DNA from: an uncultured Verrucomicrobiota bacterium | Lineage (GTDB): Bacteria > Verrucomicrobiota > Kiritimatiellia > CAIQIC01 > Lenti-01 | DNA: 64,000 bases | Direction: 5' to 3' | NCBI GenBank assembly: GCA_937872095.1 | Contig: CALMNW010000014.1 | Location: forward strand, 18,512-82,511 | Shown here: in pieces, positions 25,140-34,075 of the stretch | How the letters are laid out: every line of letters begins with the position of its first letter | How positions within the stretch are numbered: position 1 is the first letter of the stretch | The notes under the pieces: generated by a model | Databases searched by the model: none | Told to the model about the DNA's origin: nothing | What the model saw: only the letters and a program-made list of their open reading frames with translations | Program-made: the position numbers and the translations under genes

Positions 25140-27818
25140 ATGAGCAAATCCCTTTCGACCTTGAAGACCTTCGCGCACGCCGGCCAGACGGTGGCCTACC
25201 ACGATTTGGCGGCGCTGGAAGCCCTGCGCGGCGCGCCGCTGGCGCAACTGCCCTACGTGGTGCGGATCCTGCTGGAATCCGCCGTGCGCAACCAGGGCCA
25301 CCCGGCCTACCGCTGGGAGCACGTGGAGGCCCTCGCCCGCTGGCGGCCCGGCGCGGACGGCGCCGCGGAAATCCCCTACCTGCCCGCGCGCGTCCTGCTC
25401 CAGGACCTCACCGGCGTGCCGTGCGTCGTGGATTTGGCCATGCTGCGGTCGGAAGTCGTCCGCCGCGGGGGCGATCCGGGGCTGATCGAGCCGCTCGTGC
25501 CGGTGGACATGGTCGTGGACCATTCCGTGCAGATCGACTGCTCGGCGTCGTTCGACGCCCTGCTCAAGAACATGGAAATCGAGTTCGGCCGCAACCACGA
25601 GCGCTACGAGTTCCTGCGTTGGGGCCAGCAGACGTTCCACAAGCTGCGCATCGTGCCGCCCGGCGTCGGCATCTGCCACCAGGTCAACCTCGAGTTCCTC
25701 GCCGACGGCGTCCACGCGGAGCCGCAGGCCGACGGCACGGTCCTGGCCTATCCCGACACGCTGGTGGGCACGGATTCGCACACGACGATGGTCAACGGCC
25801 TGGGCGTGCTCGGCTGGGGCGTGGGCGGCATCGAAGCGGAAGCGGCGATGCTGGGCCAGCCCATCGCGCTGCTGACGCCCGTGGTGACGGGCGTGCGGCT
25901 CACGGGCGCGCTGCGCCCGGGCGTAACCGCCACGGATCTCGCCTTGGTCGTCACCCAGCTCCTGCGCAAGCACAACGTCGTGGGCCAGTTCGTCGAGTAT
26001 TTCGGCCCCGGCCTCGCCAGCCTCTCGCTGGCCGACCGCGCGGTGCTCGCCAACATGGCGCCCGAATACGGCGCGACGACCGGATTCTTTCCCATCGACG
26101 CCGAAACCGTCGCCTATCTGCGCATGACGGGCCGTTCGGCCGAGCATTGCGAGCTGGTGGAGCAGTACGCCCGCCGGCAAGGGCTCTTCCTCGAAAAGGG
26201 CGCGCCGGAACCGACCTATTCGCGCACGCTCGACCTGGATCTGTCCGGCGTGGTGTCGGCCATCGCCGGGCCCAAGAAGCCCCACGACCACCAGCCCGTC
26301 GGCGAGATCAAGCAGCGCTTCCTCGCCGCGCTGCCGGCGCCGCACGACCAAGGCGGCTTCGGCGTGGCCGCCGACCGCCTCGGCGCGAAGGCCCAGCTGC
26401 CCGACGGCTCGGAAATGCGCCACGGCTCCATCGCCATCGCGTCGATCACGTCCTGCACGAACACGTCGAACCCCGTCCTGCTGCTGGCGGCCGGCCTGAT
26501 CGCGAAGAAAGCCGTCGCCCGCGGCCTGAAGGTGCCGCCGTACGTGAAGACGTCGCTGATCCCCGGCTCGCGCGTGGTGACGGCCTATCTGACGAACAGC
26601 GGCCTGCTGGCCGAACTGGAGAAGCTCGGCTTCGGCGTGGCGGCCTACGGCTGCGGCACCTGCATCGGCAACAGCGGCCCCCTGCGCGAGGATATCGCCG
26701 CCGCCATCCGCGGGCAGGATCTCGTCGCCGCCGCGGTGCTCTCCGGCAACCGCAACTTCGAAGGCCGCGTGCATCCGCAGTGCAAGGCCAACTACCTGTG
26801 CTCGCCGCCGCTCGTCGTCGCCTTCGCCCTCGCCGGCCGCGTGGACGTGGATCTCGACGCCGAGCCCGTCGGCGCGGGCGCCGACGGCCAGCCCGTCTTC
26901 CTGCGCGATTTGTGGCCCTCCGCGGCCGAGATCGACGCCCTGCTTGCGCAGGCGAACGATCCGAAGCTCTACGCCGAGGCGTACCGCGACGTGAACCAGT
27001 ACACGCCCGAGTGGAACCAGATCGAAGTCACCGACAAGCCGACGTTCGACTGGCATCCGGACTCGACCTACGTCCGCGAGCCGCCGTTCCTGGCCGCCGC
27101 GAAGCCCTCGCCGGAAATTTCCGGCGCGCGCATCCTCGGCCTGTTCGGCGATTTCATCACCACCGACCACATTTCGCCCGCCGGCACCATCGCCAAGGAA
27201 TCGCCCGCGGCGCGCTATCTGGTCGAGCGCGGCATCGAGCCGAAGAACTTCAATTCCTACGGCTCGCGCCGCGGCAACCACGAAGTCATGATGCGCGGCA
27301 CTTTCGCCAACGTGCGCCTGCGCAACCGCCTGGCCTCCCGCGAAGGCGGCTGGACGAAGCTGCAGCCCACGGGCGAGGAAACGAGCATCTTCGACGCCGC
27401 GATGGCCTACCGGCAGGCCGGCACGCCCGCGATCGTCGTCGCCGGCAAGCTCTACGGCGCCGGCAGCTCGCGCGACTGGGCGGCGAAGGGCCCGATGCTT
27501 CTCGGCGTCCGCGCCGTGATCGCCGAAAGCTTCGAGCGCATCCACCGCTCCAACCTCGTCGAGATGGGCGTGATGCCCTTCGAGTTCGTCGATGGCCAGA
27601 CGGCGGATGCCCTGGGGCTGGACGGCACCGAGACGGTCTCCATCCGCGGTAGCGGCCCGCTGGCGCCGCGCGGTGCGCACGAGGTCGTCGCGACCAAGCC
27701 CGACGGCCGCGAGATCCGCTTCCGGGTCCGCAACCGCATCGACGCGCCCATCGAGATCGCCTACTACGAGGCCGGCGGCATCCTGCCCTACGTCCTGAAC
27801 AACCTGCTGGGCCGCTAA
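25140..27818 (+). CDS. acnA: Aconitate hydratase A
   Basis: 892 aa. 'LLQDLTGVPCVVDLAMLR', 'GTDSHTTMVNGLGVLGWGVGGIEAEA', 'ASITSCTNTSNP', 'GCGTCIGNSGPL', 'YGSRRGNHEVMMRGTFAN'. Confidence 0.95.
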   Translation: MSKSLSTLKTFAHAGQTVAYHDLAALEALRGAPLAQLPYVVRILLESAVRNQGHPAYRWEHVEALARWRPGADGAAEIPYLPARVLLQDLTGVPCVVDLAMLRSEVVRRGGDPGLIEPLVPVDMVVDHSVQIDCSASFDALLKNMEIEFGRNHERYEFLRWGQQTFHKLRIVPPGVGICHQVNLEFLADGVHAEPQADGTVLAYPDTLVGTDSHTTMVNGLGVLGWGVGGIEAEAAMLGQPIALLTPVVTGVRLTGALRPGVTATDLALVVTQLLRKHNVVGQFVEYFGPGLASLSLADRAVLANMAPEYGATTGFFPIDAETVAYLRMTGRSAEHCELVEQYARRQGLFLEKGAPEPTYSRTLDLDLSGVVSAIAGPKKPHDHQPVGEIKQRFLAALPAPHDQGGFGVAADRLGAKAQLPDGSEMRHGSIAIASITSCTNTSNPVLLLAAGLIAKKAVARGLKVPPYVKTSLIPGSRVVTAYLTNSGLLAELEKLGFGVAAYGCGTCIGNSGPLREDIAAAIRGQDLVAAAVLSGNRNFEGRVHPQCKANYLCSPPLVVAFALAGRVDVDLDAEPVGAGADGQPVFLRDLWPSAAEIDALLAQANDPKLYAEAYRDVNQYTPEWNQIEVTDKPTFDWHPDSTYVREPPFLAAAKPSPEISGARILGLFGDFITTDHISPAGTIAKESPAARYLVERGIEPKNFNSYGSRRGNHEVMMRGTFANVRLRNRLASREGGWTKLQPTGEETSIFDAAMAYRQAGTPAIVVAGKLYGAGSSRDWAAKGPMLLGVRAVIAESFERIHRSNLVEMGVMPFEFVDGQTADALGLDGTETVSIRGSGPLAPRGAHEVVATKPDGREIRFRVRNRIDAPIEIAYYEAGGILPYVLNNLLGR

Positions 27819-27858
27819 TTACGCTCCCCGCTTATTCCCCAAGCAATCGCTCTTCGCC

Positions 27859-27928
27859 GGGGACTGTTTTATAAAACGATCCCCATTTTGCCTTGTCGTT
27901 TTGGAGATTGTTTTATAAAACAGTCCCC
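27859..27928. promoter_or_regulatory. Twin 26-bp palindromic operator-like sites (core GTTTTATAAAAC) upstream of the ArsR-like gene
   Basis: Site 1 is 'ggggactgttttataaaacgatcccc' (27859-27884). Site 2 is 'ggagattgttttataaaacagtcccc' (27903-27928), nearly the reverse complement of site 1. Centres are 44 bp apart. RBS 'aaagagg' follows. Confidence 0.6.
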
Positions 27929-27947
27929 GAACGAAAGAGGAACGCAG

Positions 27948-28496
27948 ATGAGACAACTCCATCCCACTTTGTGGCGCACCTGCCGCACGTTGGCCAACCC
28001 CACGCGGCTACGCCTGCTTCAGCTTCTCCTGGAACGACCGGGTTCCAACGTCTCGCAACTGGCGGAAAGATTGGACCTCGGAATCTCCGCCGCCAGCCAA
28101 GAACTACGCCGCCTGCAATCGCGCGGCCTCATCAAGCGGACTATTCAAGGACCGTCCGTGATCTATCTGCCCGTGCCCGACCCGCAAGTCCCCTCGGCCG
28201 CCCCTCTTTTGAAAGCGCTGCAGGCCGCCTGGGAGGCCGATCGCAACGGATCCGAAGCCATCGCCCGGCTGGCCAAAGGCCTGGCTTGCGAGCGCCGCAT
28301 CTCGCTGGTTCGCGCGCTGGTTCCGCAACCGCAACCCAGCGATCAATGGGCCCATCTCGTTCGCACCCGCTCCGACAATCTGAAAAAGCACGTCCGGATC
28401 CTCCGCGAATCCGGCTGGGTGACGAAGATCGACAAGCGCTTCGCCCTCCTTCCGGCCGGCCACCCCGTTCAGGCCACCCTGCTCAAGCTGCTCTGA
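27948..28496 (+). CDS. ArsR-family transcriptional regulator with a second degenerate wHTH
   Basis: 'LANPTRLRLLQLLLERPGSNVSQLAERLDLGISAASQELRRLQSRGLIKR'. The second half 'ISLVRAL...NLKKHVRILRESGWVTK' is ArsR-like again. Confidence 0.75.
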   Translation: MRQLHPTLWRTCRTLANPTRLRLLQLLLERPGSNVSQLAERLDLGISAASQELRRLQSRGLIKRTIQGPSVIYLPVPDPQVPSAAPLLKALQAAWEADRNGSEAIARLAKGLACERRISLVRALVPQPQPSDQWAHLVRTRSDNLKKHVRILRESGWVTKIDKRFALLPAGHPVQATLLKLL

Positions 28497-28585
28497 TCCG
28501 CATCCTGCATCCCCCGAAAGTTCAGCATTGGTTTTCATTTCCTTTTCGGATAAGACATATCCCCCTCCATGCAAAAGGATCCGCC

Positions 28586-30214
28586 ATGAAATTCGACCGA
28601 CTCCGCGACAGCTATCTCGCCCGCCTGCAGGCCGCCGCGCCCGTCGCCCAGGGCAAATTCGTCGCCAAGGAAAACGCCCTGGCGCTCCTGCAGGCCGTGG
28701 TGCGCAGCGGCGACCGCGTGTGCATCGAGGGCGACAACCAGAAGCAGGCCGATTTCTTCGCGCGCGAGCTGGTCAAGCTGGACCCCGCGCAGGTCAACCA
28801 CCTGCACATGACGCAGTCCACGCTCGTGCTGAACGAGCATCTGGACCTGTTCCGGCTGGGCATCGCCGACCGCCTCGACTTCGCCTATTCCGGGCCGCAG
28901 TCGAAGGCGCTCTACCAGCTCGCCGCCGAAAAGAAGGTGCAGATCGGCGCCATCCACACCTATCTCGAGCTCTACGGGCGCTACTTCGTGGATCTCTATC
29001 CGCAGGTGGCCATCCTCGTGGCCGAGGCCTGCGACGAAGCGGGCAACGTCTACACCGGCAACAATACCGAGGACACCCCGCTCATCGCCGAAGCCACGCG
29101 CTTCAAGATGGGCGTCGTGATCGTGCAGGCGAAGAAGAAGCTGGCGCAACTGCCCCGCGTGGACGTGCCGGCCTCTTGGGTCGATTTCATCGTGGTGACG
29201 GACGAGGACTACCACCTCCAGCCGCTGTTCACGCGCGACCCGGGCAAGATCACCAACCAGCAGATCCTGATGGCGATGATGGCCCTGAAGGGCATCTATG
29301 CGCCCTACGGCGTGCAGGCGCTCAACCACGGCCTTGGCTACGCCACCGCCGCGATCGAGTTGCTGCTGCCGACCTACGGCGCGCAACTGGGCCTGAAGGG
29401 CAAGGTCGCCACGCGCTGGGTGCTGAATCCCCATCCCACGCTCATCCCGGCCATCGAAGCCGGCTTCGTCGAGCACGTCTACGCGTTCGGCGGCGAGCCG
29501 GGCATGGACGACTACGTGCAGGCGCGGCCCGACATCTTCGCCGTCGGCCCCGACGGCTCCATGCGCTCCAACCGCTGCTGCGCGCACATCGCCGGCCTTT
29601 ACGCCATCGACCTGTTCATCGGCGCGACGCTGCAGATCGACCGCTTCGGCAATTCCTCCACCGCCATCAAGGGCATGATCGCCGGCTTCGGCGGCGCGCC
29701 CAACCTCGGCGGCACCCCGCCCGGCCGCCGGCACAACTCGCCGGCCACGACCGCCGCCGGCGGGATGCGCGAGCAGGTCTTCCGCGGCCGCAAGCTGGTC
29801 GTCCAGCTCACGCCCACCCGCTCCGAGAAGAAGAACATCCCCGTGTTCGTCGAGGAGCTCGACGCCCAGCAGCTGCACAAGGACGGGATCTTCCCCGAGC
29901 CGCCGGTCATGATCGCGGGCGACCAGGTCACGCACGTCGTGACCGAAACCGGCATCGCCTATCTGGACAAGTGTCCCGACGGCGAGACGCGCCAGAAAGC
30001 CGTCGCGGCCGTCGCGGGCGACACGCCCGTGGGGCTGACGCTCGACGCCGCCGGGCGCGACGCGCTGCGCGCCGCCGGCCTCGTGAAGACCGTGGCCGAT
30101 CTCGGCATCGATCCGGCGGCGGCCACGACCGACCTCCTGCCGGCGCATTCGCTGCAGGACCTGGTGACGGCGTCCGGCGGGCTCTACCGGATTCCGGCCG
30201 GCTGCAAGGGGTAA
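28586..30214 (+). CDS. mdcA: Malonate decarboxylase alpha-subunit-like acyl transferase (MdcA family), orphan
   Basis: Strong recalled similarity to MdcA along its length: 'IEGDNQKQADF', 'GAIHTYLELYGRYFVDL', 'PRVDVPASWVDFIVV', 'PLFTRDPGKI', 'LNHGLGYATAAIELLLPTYGAQLGLKGK', 'LNPHPTLIPAIEAGFVE', 'GSMRSNR', 'GFGGAPNLG'. Confidence 0.85.
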   Translation: MKFDRLRDSYLARLQAAAPVAQGKFVAKENALALLQAVVRSGDRVCIEGDNQKQADFFARELVKLDPAQVNHLHMTQSTLVLNEHLDLFRLGIADRLDFAYSGPQSKALYQLAAEKKVQIGAIHTYLELYGRYFVDLYPQVAILVAEACDEAGNVYTGNNTEDTPLIAEATRFKMGVVIVQAKKKLAQLPRVDVPASWVDFIVVTDEDYHLQPLFTRDPGKITNQQILMAMMALKGIYAPYGVQALNHGLGYATAAIELLLPTYGAQLGLKGKVATRWVLNPHPTLIPAIEAGFVEHVYAFGGEPGMDDYVQARPDIFAVGPDGSMRSNRCCAHIAGLYAIDLFIGATLQIDRFGNSSTAIKGMIAGFGGAPNLGGTPPGRRHNSPATTAAGGMREQVFRGRKLVVQLTPTRSEKKNIPVFVEELDAQQLHKDGIFPEPPVMIAGDQVTHVVTETGIAYLDKCPDGETRQKAVAAVAGDTPVGLTLDAAGRDALRAAGLVKTVADLGIDPAAATTDLLPAHSLQDLVTASGGLYRIPAGCKG

Positions 30215-30223
30215 AGGCCGCAT

Positions 30224-31666
30224 ATGGTTTTCAGTTCAGCCACCTTCCTGTTCTACTTCCTGCCGGCGGTCCTGACGCTGTACTTCCTGACGCCGCCGCG
30301 ATTTCGCAATCTCTCCGCGCTGGTCGCCAGCCTGGTGTTCTTCGCGTGGGGCGCGCCGCGGTTCGTCTTCGTGCTGATCGCGTCCTGCTTCGTCGACTAC
30401 CACGCCAGCCGTTGGCTGCCGCCGGGCCGGCTGCCGGTGCGGCGGCGCAAGCTCCTGCTCGGACTGGGGCGCGCGCTGGATCTGGGCCTCTTGCTCTATT
30501 TCAAGTACGCCAACTTCTTCGTGGCGGAAATCCAGGCCATGCTCGGCCTGTTCGGGCGGGGGCCGTTCCCGTGGGCGGCCGTCGTGCTGCCCATCGGCAT
30601 CTCGTTCTTCACCTTCCAGAAGGTCAGCTATCTCGTCGACGTCTACCGCGGCACGGCGCAGGTGGCCGGCAGCGCGGGGCGGCATCTGCTCTACATCGCC
30701 CTCTTCCCGCAGCTCATCGCCGGCCCCATCGTGCGCTACCACGACGTGGCGCGGCAGATCGACCAGCGCTCCACGACCTCGGGCCTGTTCCTCGACGGCC
30801 TCTGGCGGTTCTCCGTCGGCCTCGCGAAAAAGGTGTTCCTGGCGAACACCTTCGCGCGGCTGGCCGACCTGGTCTTCGACACGCCGCCGTCGCTCATGAC
30901 CACGACGCAGGCCTGGGCCGGCGTGATCGCCTACACGTTCCAGCTCTACTACGATTTCGCGGGCTATTCGGACATGGCCATCGGCCTCGGCCGCATGCTG
31001 GGCTTCCATTTCCTCGAAAACTTCAATTTCCCCTACGCGTCCGCGGGCATCGGCGAATTCTGGCGGCGGTGGCACATTTCGCTCGGCCGGTTCATGATGG
31101 AATACCTCTACGTGCCGCTGGGCGGCAACCGCAAGGGCCATGGACGCACGGTCTTCAACCTGTGGCTGGTGTTCCTCGTGTCCGGCTTCTGGCACGGGGC
31201 GGCCTGGACGTTCGTCCTGTGGGGCATCTGGCACGGCACGCTGATCTCCCTCGAGAAAACGCTGGGGCCCGAGCGCATGAAGCGCATTCCGCGGCCGCTG
31301 GCGATCGCGGGCACCTTCTTCCTGGTGGCGCTGGGCTGGGTGCTGTTCCGCTCGGGCACGATCCACCGCGCCGGCGGCTTCTACCTGCTGCTGTTCAACC
31401 TGCTGCCCGACGGCGCCGGGCTGATGGCCTTCCCCGAAATCATGGCCGACCGCGCGCTCTGGCTGGCGGCCGCCATCGGCATTCCCTGCGCGTTCGCGCC
31501 GGCGTTCGGGCTGGACCGCTTCCTGCCCCGGGATCCGGCCGACCCCGACGCCGTGCCGCTCGTCCGGGTCGCCGGACGCTTCGCGCTGAGCGTCGTGATT
31601 CTCGTCGTCGTTTCGTGCGAACTGTGCGCCACCGGCTTCAACCCCTTCATCTACTTCCAATTCTAG
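30224..31666 (+). CDS. MBOAT-family membrane O-acyltransferase (AlgI/DltB/PatA-like)
   Basis: 'FFTFQKVSYLVDVYRG', 'FPQLIAGPIVRY', 'FWRRWHISLGRFMMEYLYVPLGGNR', 'SGFWHGAAWTF'. It lies 9 nt after mdcA. Confidence 0.9.
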   Translation: MVFSSATFLFYFLPAVLTLYFLTPPRFRNLSALVASLVFFAWGAPRFVFVLIASCFVDYHASRWLPPGRLPVRRRKLLLGLGRALDLGLLLYFKYANFFVAEIQAMLGLFGRGPFPWAAVVLPIGISFFTFQKVSYLVDVYRGTAQVAGSAGRHLLYIALFPQLIAGPIVRYHDVARQIDQRSTTSGLFLDGLWRFSVGLAKKVFLANTFARLADLVFDTPPSLMTTTQAWAGVIAYTFQLYYDFAGYSDMAIGLGRMLGFHFLENFNFPYASAGIGEFWRRWHISLGRFMMEYLYVPLGGNRKGHGRTVFNLWLVFLVSGFWHGAAWTFVLWGIWHGTLISLEKTLGPERMKRIPRPLAIAGTFFLVALGWVLFRSGTIHRAGGFYLLLFNLLPDGAGLMAFPEIMADRALWLAAAIGIPCAFAPAFGLDRFLPRDPADPDAVPLVRVAGRFALSVVILVVVSCELCATGFNPFIYFQF

Positions 31667-31668
31667 CC

Positions 31669-32958
31669 ATGACGACCACCCCCTCCATCCCGCGCCGCTG
31701 TTTCCAAGGTTTACTGGTCGCCCTGACGGCCGCGCTGCTGCTCTTCCCCTACGTCCAGCACGCGACACATTGGCCGGCGGACAAGCGCCTCGGCGGCTTC
31801 CGCCCCCGCATGGACACTTTCCCCGATCTGACGCGCACGACCTGGTTCGACGGCTCCTTCGCCGCGGCGGTCGATCTGTGGGCCCGGGAACACGTCGGCG
31901 TCCGCGGCTGGCTGGTCGCCCTCGATCGCCAGATCCGCTATACCTGCTTCGGCCAGGTCGAACCGTCGCCGCTGCGCAAGCGCGCGCTGGTGATCGGCAC
32001 GCCGCCGATCCTCTACGAAAACATCCTGCTCGTCGACGCCCTGCGCCCGCCCCAGATCAATCCCGAGAAAATGGATTTCTTCGCCGGCCGCCTCGCGCGG
32101 GTCCAGGAACTGCTGAAGCAGCAAGGCATTCCTTTCGTCGTCGTCCTCGCGCCCAACAAAGCCATCGTCTATCCCGAATCGCTTCCGGCCTGGGCGCGCG
32201 ACCGCGTGTCGGAAACCAACTCCGACTACCGGGCGTTCATCGCGGCGCTGGCGCAGCACGACGTGCCTTTCCTGGACACCTTGGCGCTGTTCCGCGAACT
32301 GCGGCCGCAATATCCCGACCTCGTCCCGCCGCAGGCCATCCACTGGGGCCATCAGGGCGCCTGGATCGCCTGGCAACGAACCATTCCGCTCATCAACCGC
32401 CAGGGCCTCCTGCCGGAAATCCCCGTGCCGGAAACCGAAGACGTGATCATGGACAAGCCGTCCAGCATGAATCAGGAACTCCTCGGCCAACTGAACATTT
32501 TCGCCGGCCCCCACTTCCGCACGATTCCGTCGGCCTATCCCGTCGCCGGTCCGCTGCCGGCCGGCACGGAGGAAACCCTCCGCGCCCTCGTCGTCGGCGA
32601 CAGCTTCGGGTTCATGTTCGTGGACGCGATGGCCCGCTCGCGGCTCTGCGCCGACGTCCATTTCTGGTTCTATCTTCGGAGCGCCAAGGGCGCGTCGCCG
32701 GCCTCCTTCGACAGCCGCGTGCACCGCGGCTTGCCGGCCGTCGACGGGCTGGGCGCTTTGCCCCGCAACGTCGAAAACGGCCGGCGCATGATGGAAGGCA
32801 AGAATCTCGTCGTGTTCGTCATCACGACCTTCAACATCGACAAGTTGAGCTGGGGGTTCGACCGCCTCGTCGAACAGCTGTACGGGGATCCGGAATACGC
32901 CGCGCCGGCGCCCCCCGCCGGCTTCGACGACGAAATCGAAGTCAATCTGGGCGATTAG
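31669..32958 (+). CDS. AlgJ/AlgX/DltD-like SGNH-type periplasmic acyltransferase partner (signal-anchored)
   Basis: N-terminal anchor 'GLLVALTAALLLF'. 'AIHWGHQGAW' (His motif, with no Asp at the usual DxHW position) and 'LVVGDSFGFMF' (GDS). It lies 2 nt after the MBOAT gene. Confidence 0.6.
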   Translation: MTTTPSIPRRCFQGLLVALTAALLLFPYVQHATHWPADKRLGGFRPRMDTFPDLTRTTWFDGSFAAAVDLWAREHVGVRGWLVALDRQIRYTCFGQVEPSPLRKRALVIGTPPILYENILLVDALRPPQINPEKMDFFAGRLARVQELLKQQGIPFVVVLAPNKAIVYPESLPAWARDRVSETNSDYRAFIAALAQHDVPFLDTLALFRELRPQYPDLVPPQAIHWGHQGAWIAWQRTIPLINRQGLLPEIPVPETEDVIMDKPSSMNQELLGQLNIFAGPHFRTIPSAYPVAGPLPAGTEETLRALVVGDSFGFMFVDAMARSRLCADVHFWFYLRSAKGASPASFDSRVHRGLPAVDGLGALPRNVENGRRMMEGKNLVVFVITTFNIDKLSWGFDRLVEQLYGDPEYAAPAPPAGFDDEIEVNLGD

Positions 32959-32961
32959 CGC

Positions 32962-32993
32962 GCCGCCCGTCCCGGCGGGCGGATTTCATTTTT
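32962..32993 (+). terminator. Putative terminator after the acyltransferase operon
   Basis: Stem 'ccgcccg'/'cgggcgg' followed by the T-rich 'atttcattttt'. Confidence 0.45.
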
Positions 32994-33074
32994 CCTCTAT
33001 TGCCGCTTGCAATCCGCCGGAAATCCTTTCATTTTCAAACTGCGGGAGCGCACCACCCCGGAAAGGAACGAAAA

Positions 33075-33467
33075 ATGAAAAGATTCCAGATCGCCAGAGG
33101 ACTTGTGGCCTTGGCTTGCCTAGTGGCCGCCATCGGCCTCGCCGGATGCGACGACAACAGTTTGTACGACGTCCCGGAAAACATTTCCGGCACGTGGTCC
33201 TGCACCTTTACCCGCGCCGGGGAAGCCGCGCTGAGCGAAACCTGGTCCATCAACCAAAGCGGCAGCACCGTGTCCGGTTCCTATACGTTCAAAGAGGAAA
33301 GCTACACGTTCTCCGGAACCTACGTCGACGGTCGATTGAGCGCCGTCGATTCGGACAACTGGACGCTCAGCCTGGAATTCGAAAAGGACGACAAAGGCAA
33401 CGGCACCATCGCCGGCAATTCGGGCGACGAGTCCTATCAGGTCTGGAACGCCGACCTCTGGCGCTGA
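33075..33467 (+). CDS. Small lipoprotein, paralogue A
   Basis: Lipobox 'IGLAGC'. 'GTWSCTFTRAG...INQSGSTVSGSYTFK..SYTFSGTY...AVDSDNWTLSLEF'. Roughly 60% identical by eye to 34076-34474. Confidence 0.6.
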   Translation: MKRFQIARGLVALACLVAAIGLAGCDDNSLYDVPENISGTWSCTFTRAGEAALSETWSINQSGSTVSGSYTFKEESYTFSGTYVDGRLSAVDSDNWTLSLEFEKDDKGNGTIAGNSGDESYQVWNADLWR

Positions 33468-33494
33468 CCGGCCCGGCCGGGCCGGCGCGCGGGA

Positions 33495-33875
33495 TCAATC
33501 GTAGTCGAGATCGACGTCGTAGTCGTCGAAATCGCCGAAATCGGCGGTCACCTTCAGGATCGCGAGCCGCCCCTGCAGCACGTCGACGTCGTCCGCCCAG
33601 TTCCGGTCGACGTCGTCGCCGTCCAGCACCACGCGGTGTTGCCCTGGATCGAGATCGTAGTACCGCTCGTCGCCGATGCCGACGCTGGCGACCTGCAGGC
33701 CGTCGAGATAGACCCGGATCCGATCCCCCGTGCGGTTGTCCACCACGATCGAGCCCTGGCCAGCCGGCACGTCGTGGTCGTAATCGTCGTCCTCGCAACC
33801 CGCGGTCCCGGTGGTGATCACCGCCGCCAGCGCCAAGACACCCAGCCCCTTCATCCAACCCGCGCGCTTTTTCAT
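33495..33875 (-). CDS. Acidic small lipoprotein
   Basis: 'MKKRAGWMKGLGVLALAAVITTGTAGC' lipobox. D/E-rich mature part ending 'FDDYDVDLDYD'. Confidence 0.55.
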   Translation of the reverse strand: MKKRAGWMKGLGVLALAAVITTGTAGCEDDDYDHDVPAGQGSIVVDNRTGDRIRVYLDGLQVASVGIGDERYYDLDPGQHRVVLDGDDVDRNWADDVDVLQGRLAILKVTADFGDFDDYDVDLDYD

Positions 33876-34075
33876 CCGTTGCCTGCCTTTCTCCATCGTT
33901 TGCCGCGATCCTACGCCCATCGCGGAAATATATAAAGGTTTCCGCGCGGATTTCGGCGCGCCGGCGGCCATTTCTTCATGAAAATTTCATTTGGGCTCGA
34001 TTCCCGCTTGCAAAACAGCGCGAATCTTTTCACCATGAAAGTAAGGGAGCACACTTCCCCTTGAAAGGAGCGGAA

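Noticed and set aside
24987-27680. 897-aa (-) and 743-aa (+) ORFs overlapping acnA
   Set aside because: The acnA frame is unambiguous. The others are artefacts of the GC-rich sequence.
28528-32958. 1476-aa plus-strand ORF spanning mdcA, the MBOAT gene and the AlgJ-like gene
   Set aside because: Only the last 429 codons (from the ATG at 31669, with a hydrophobic anchor) look like a real protein. The upstream part is an Arg/Pro/Gly-rich read-through overlapping two well-supported genes in other frames.
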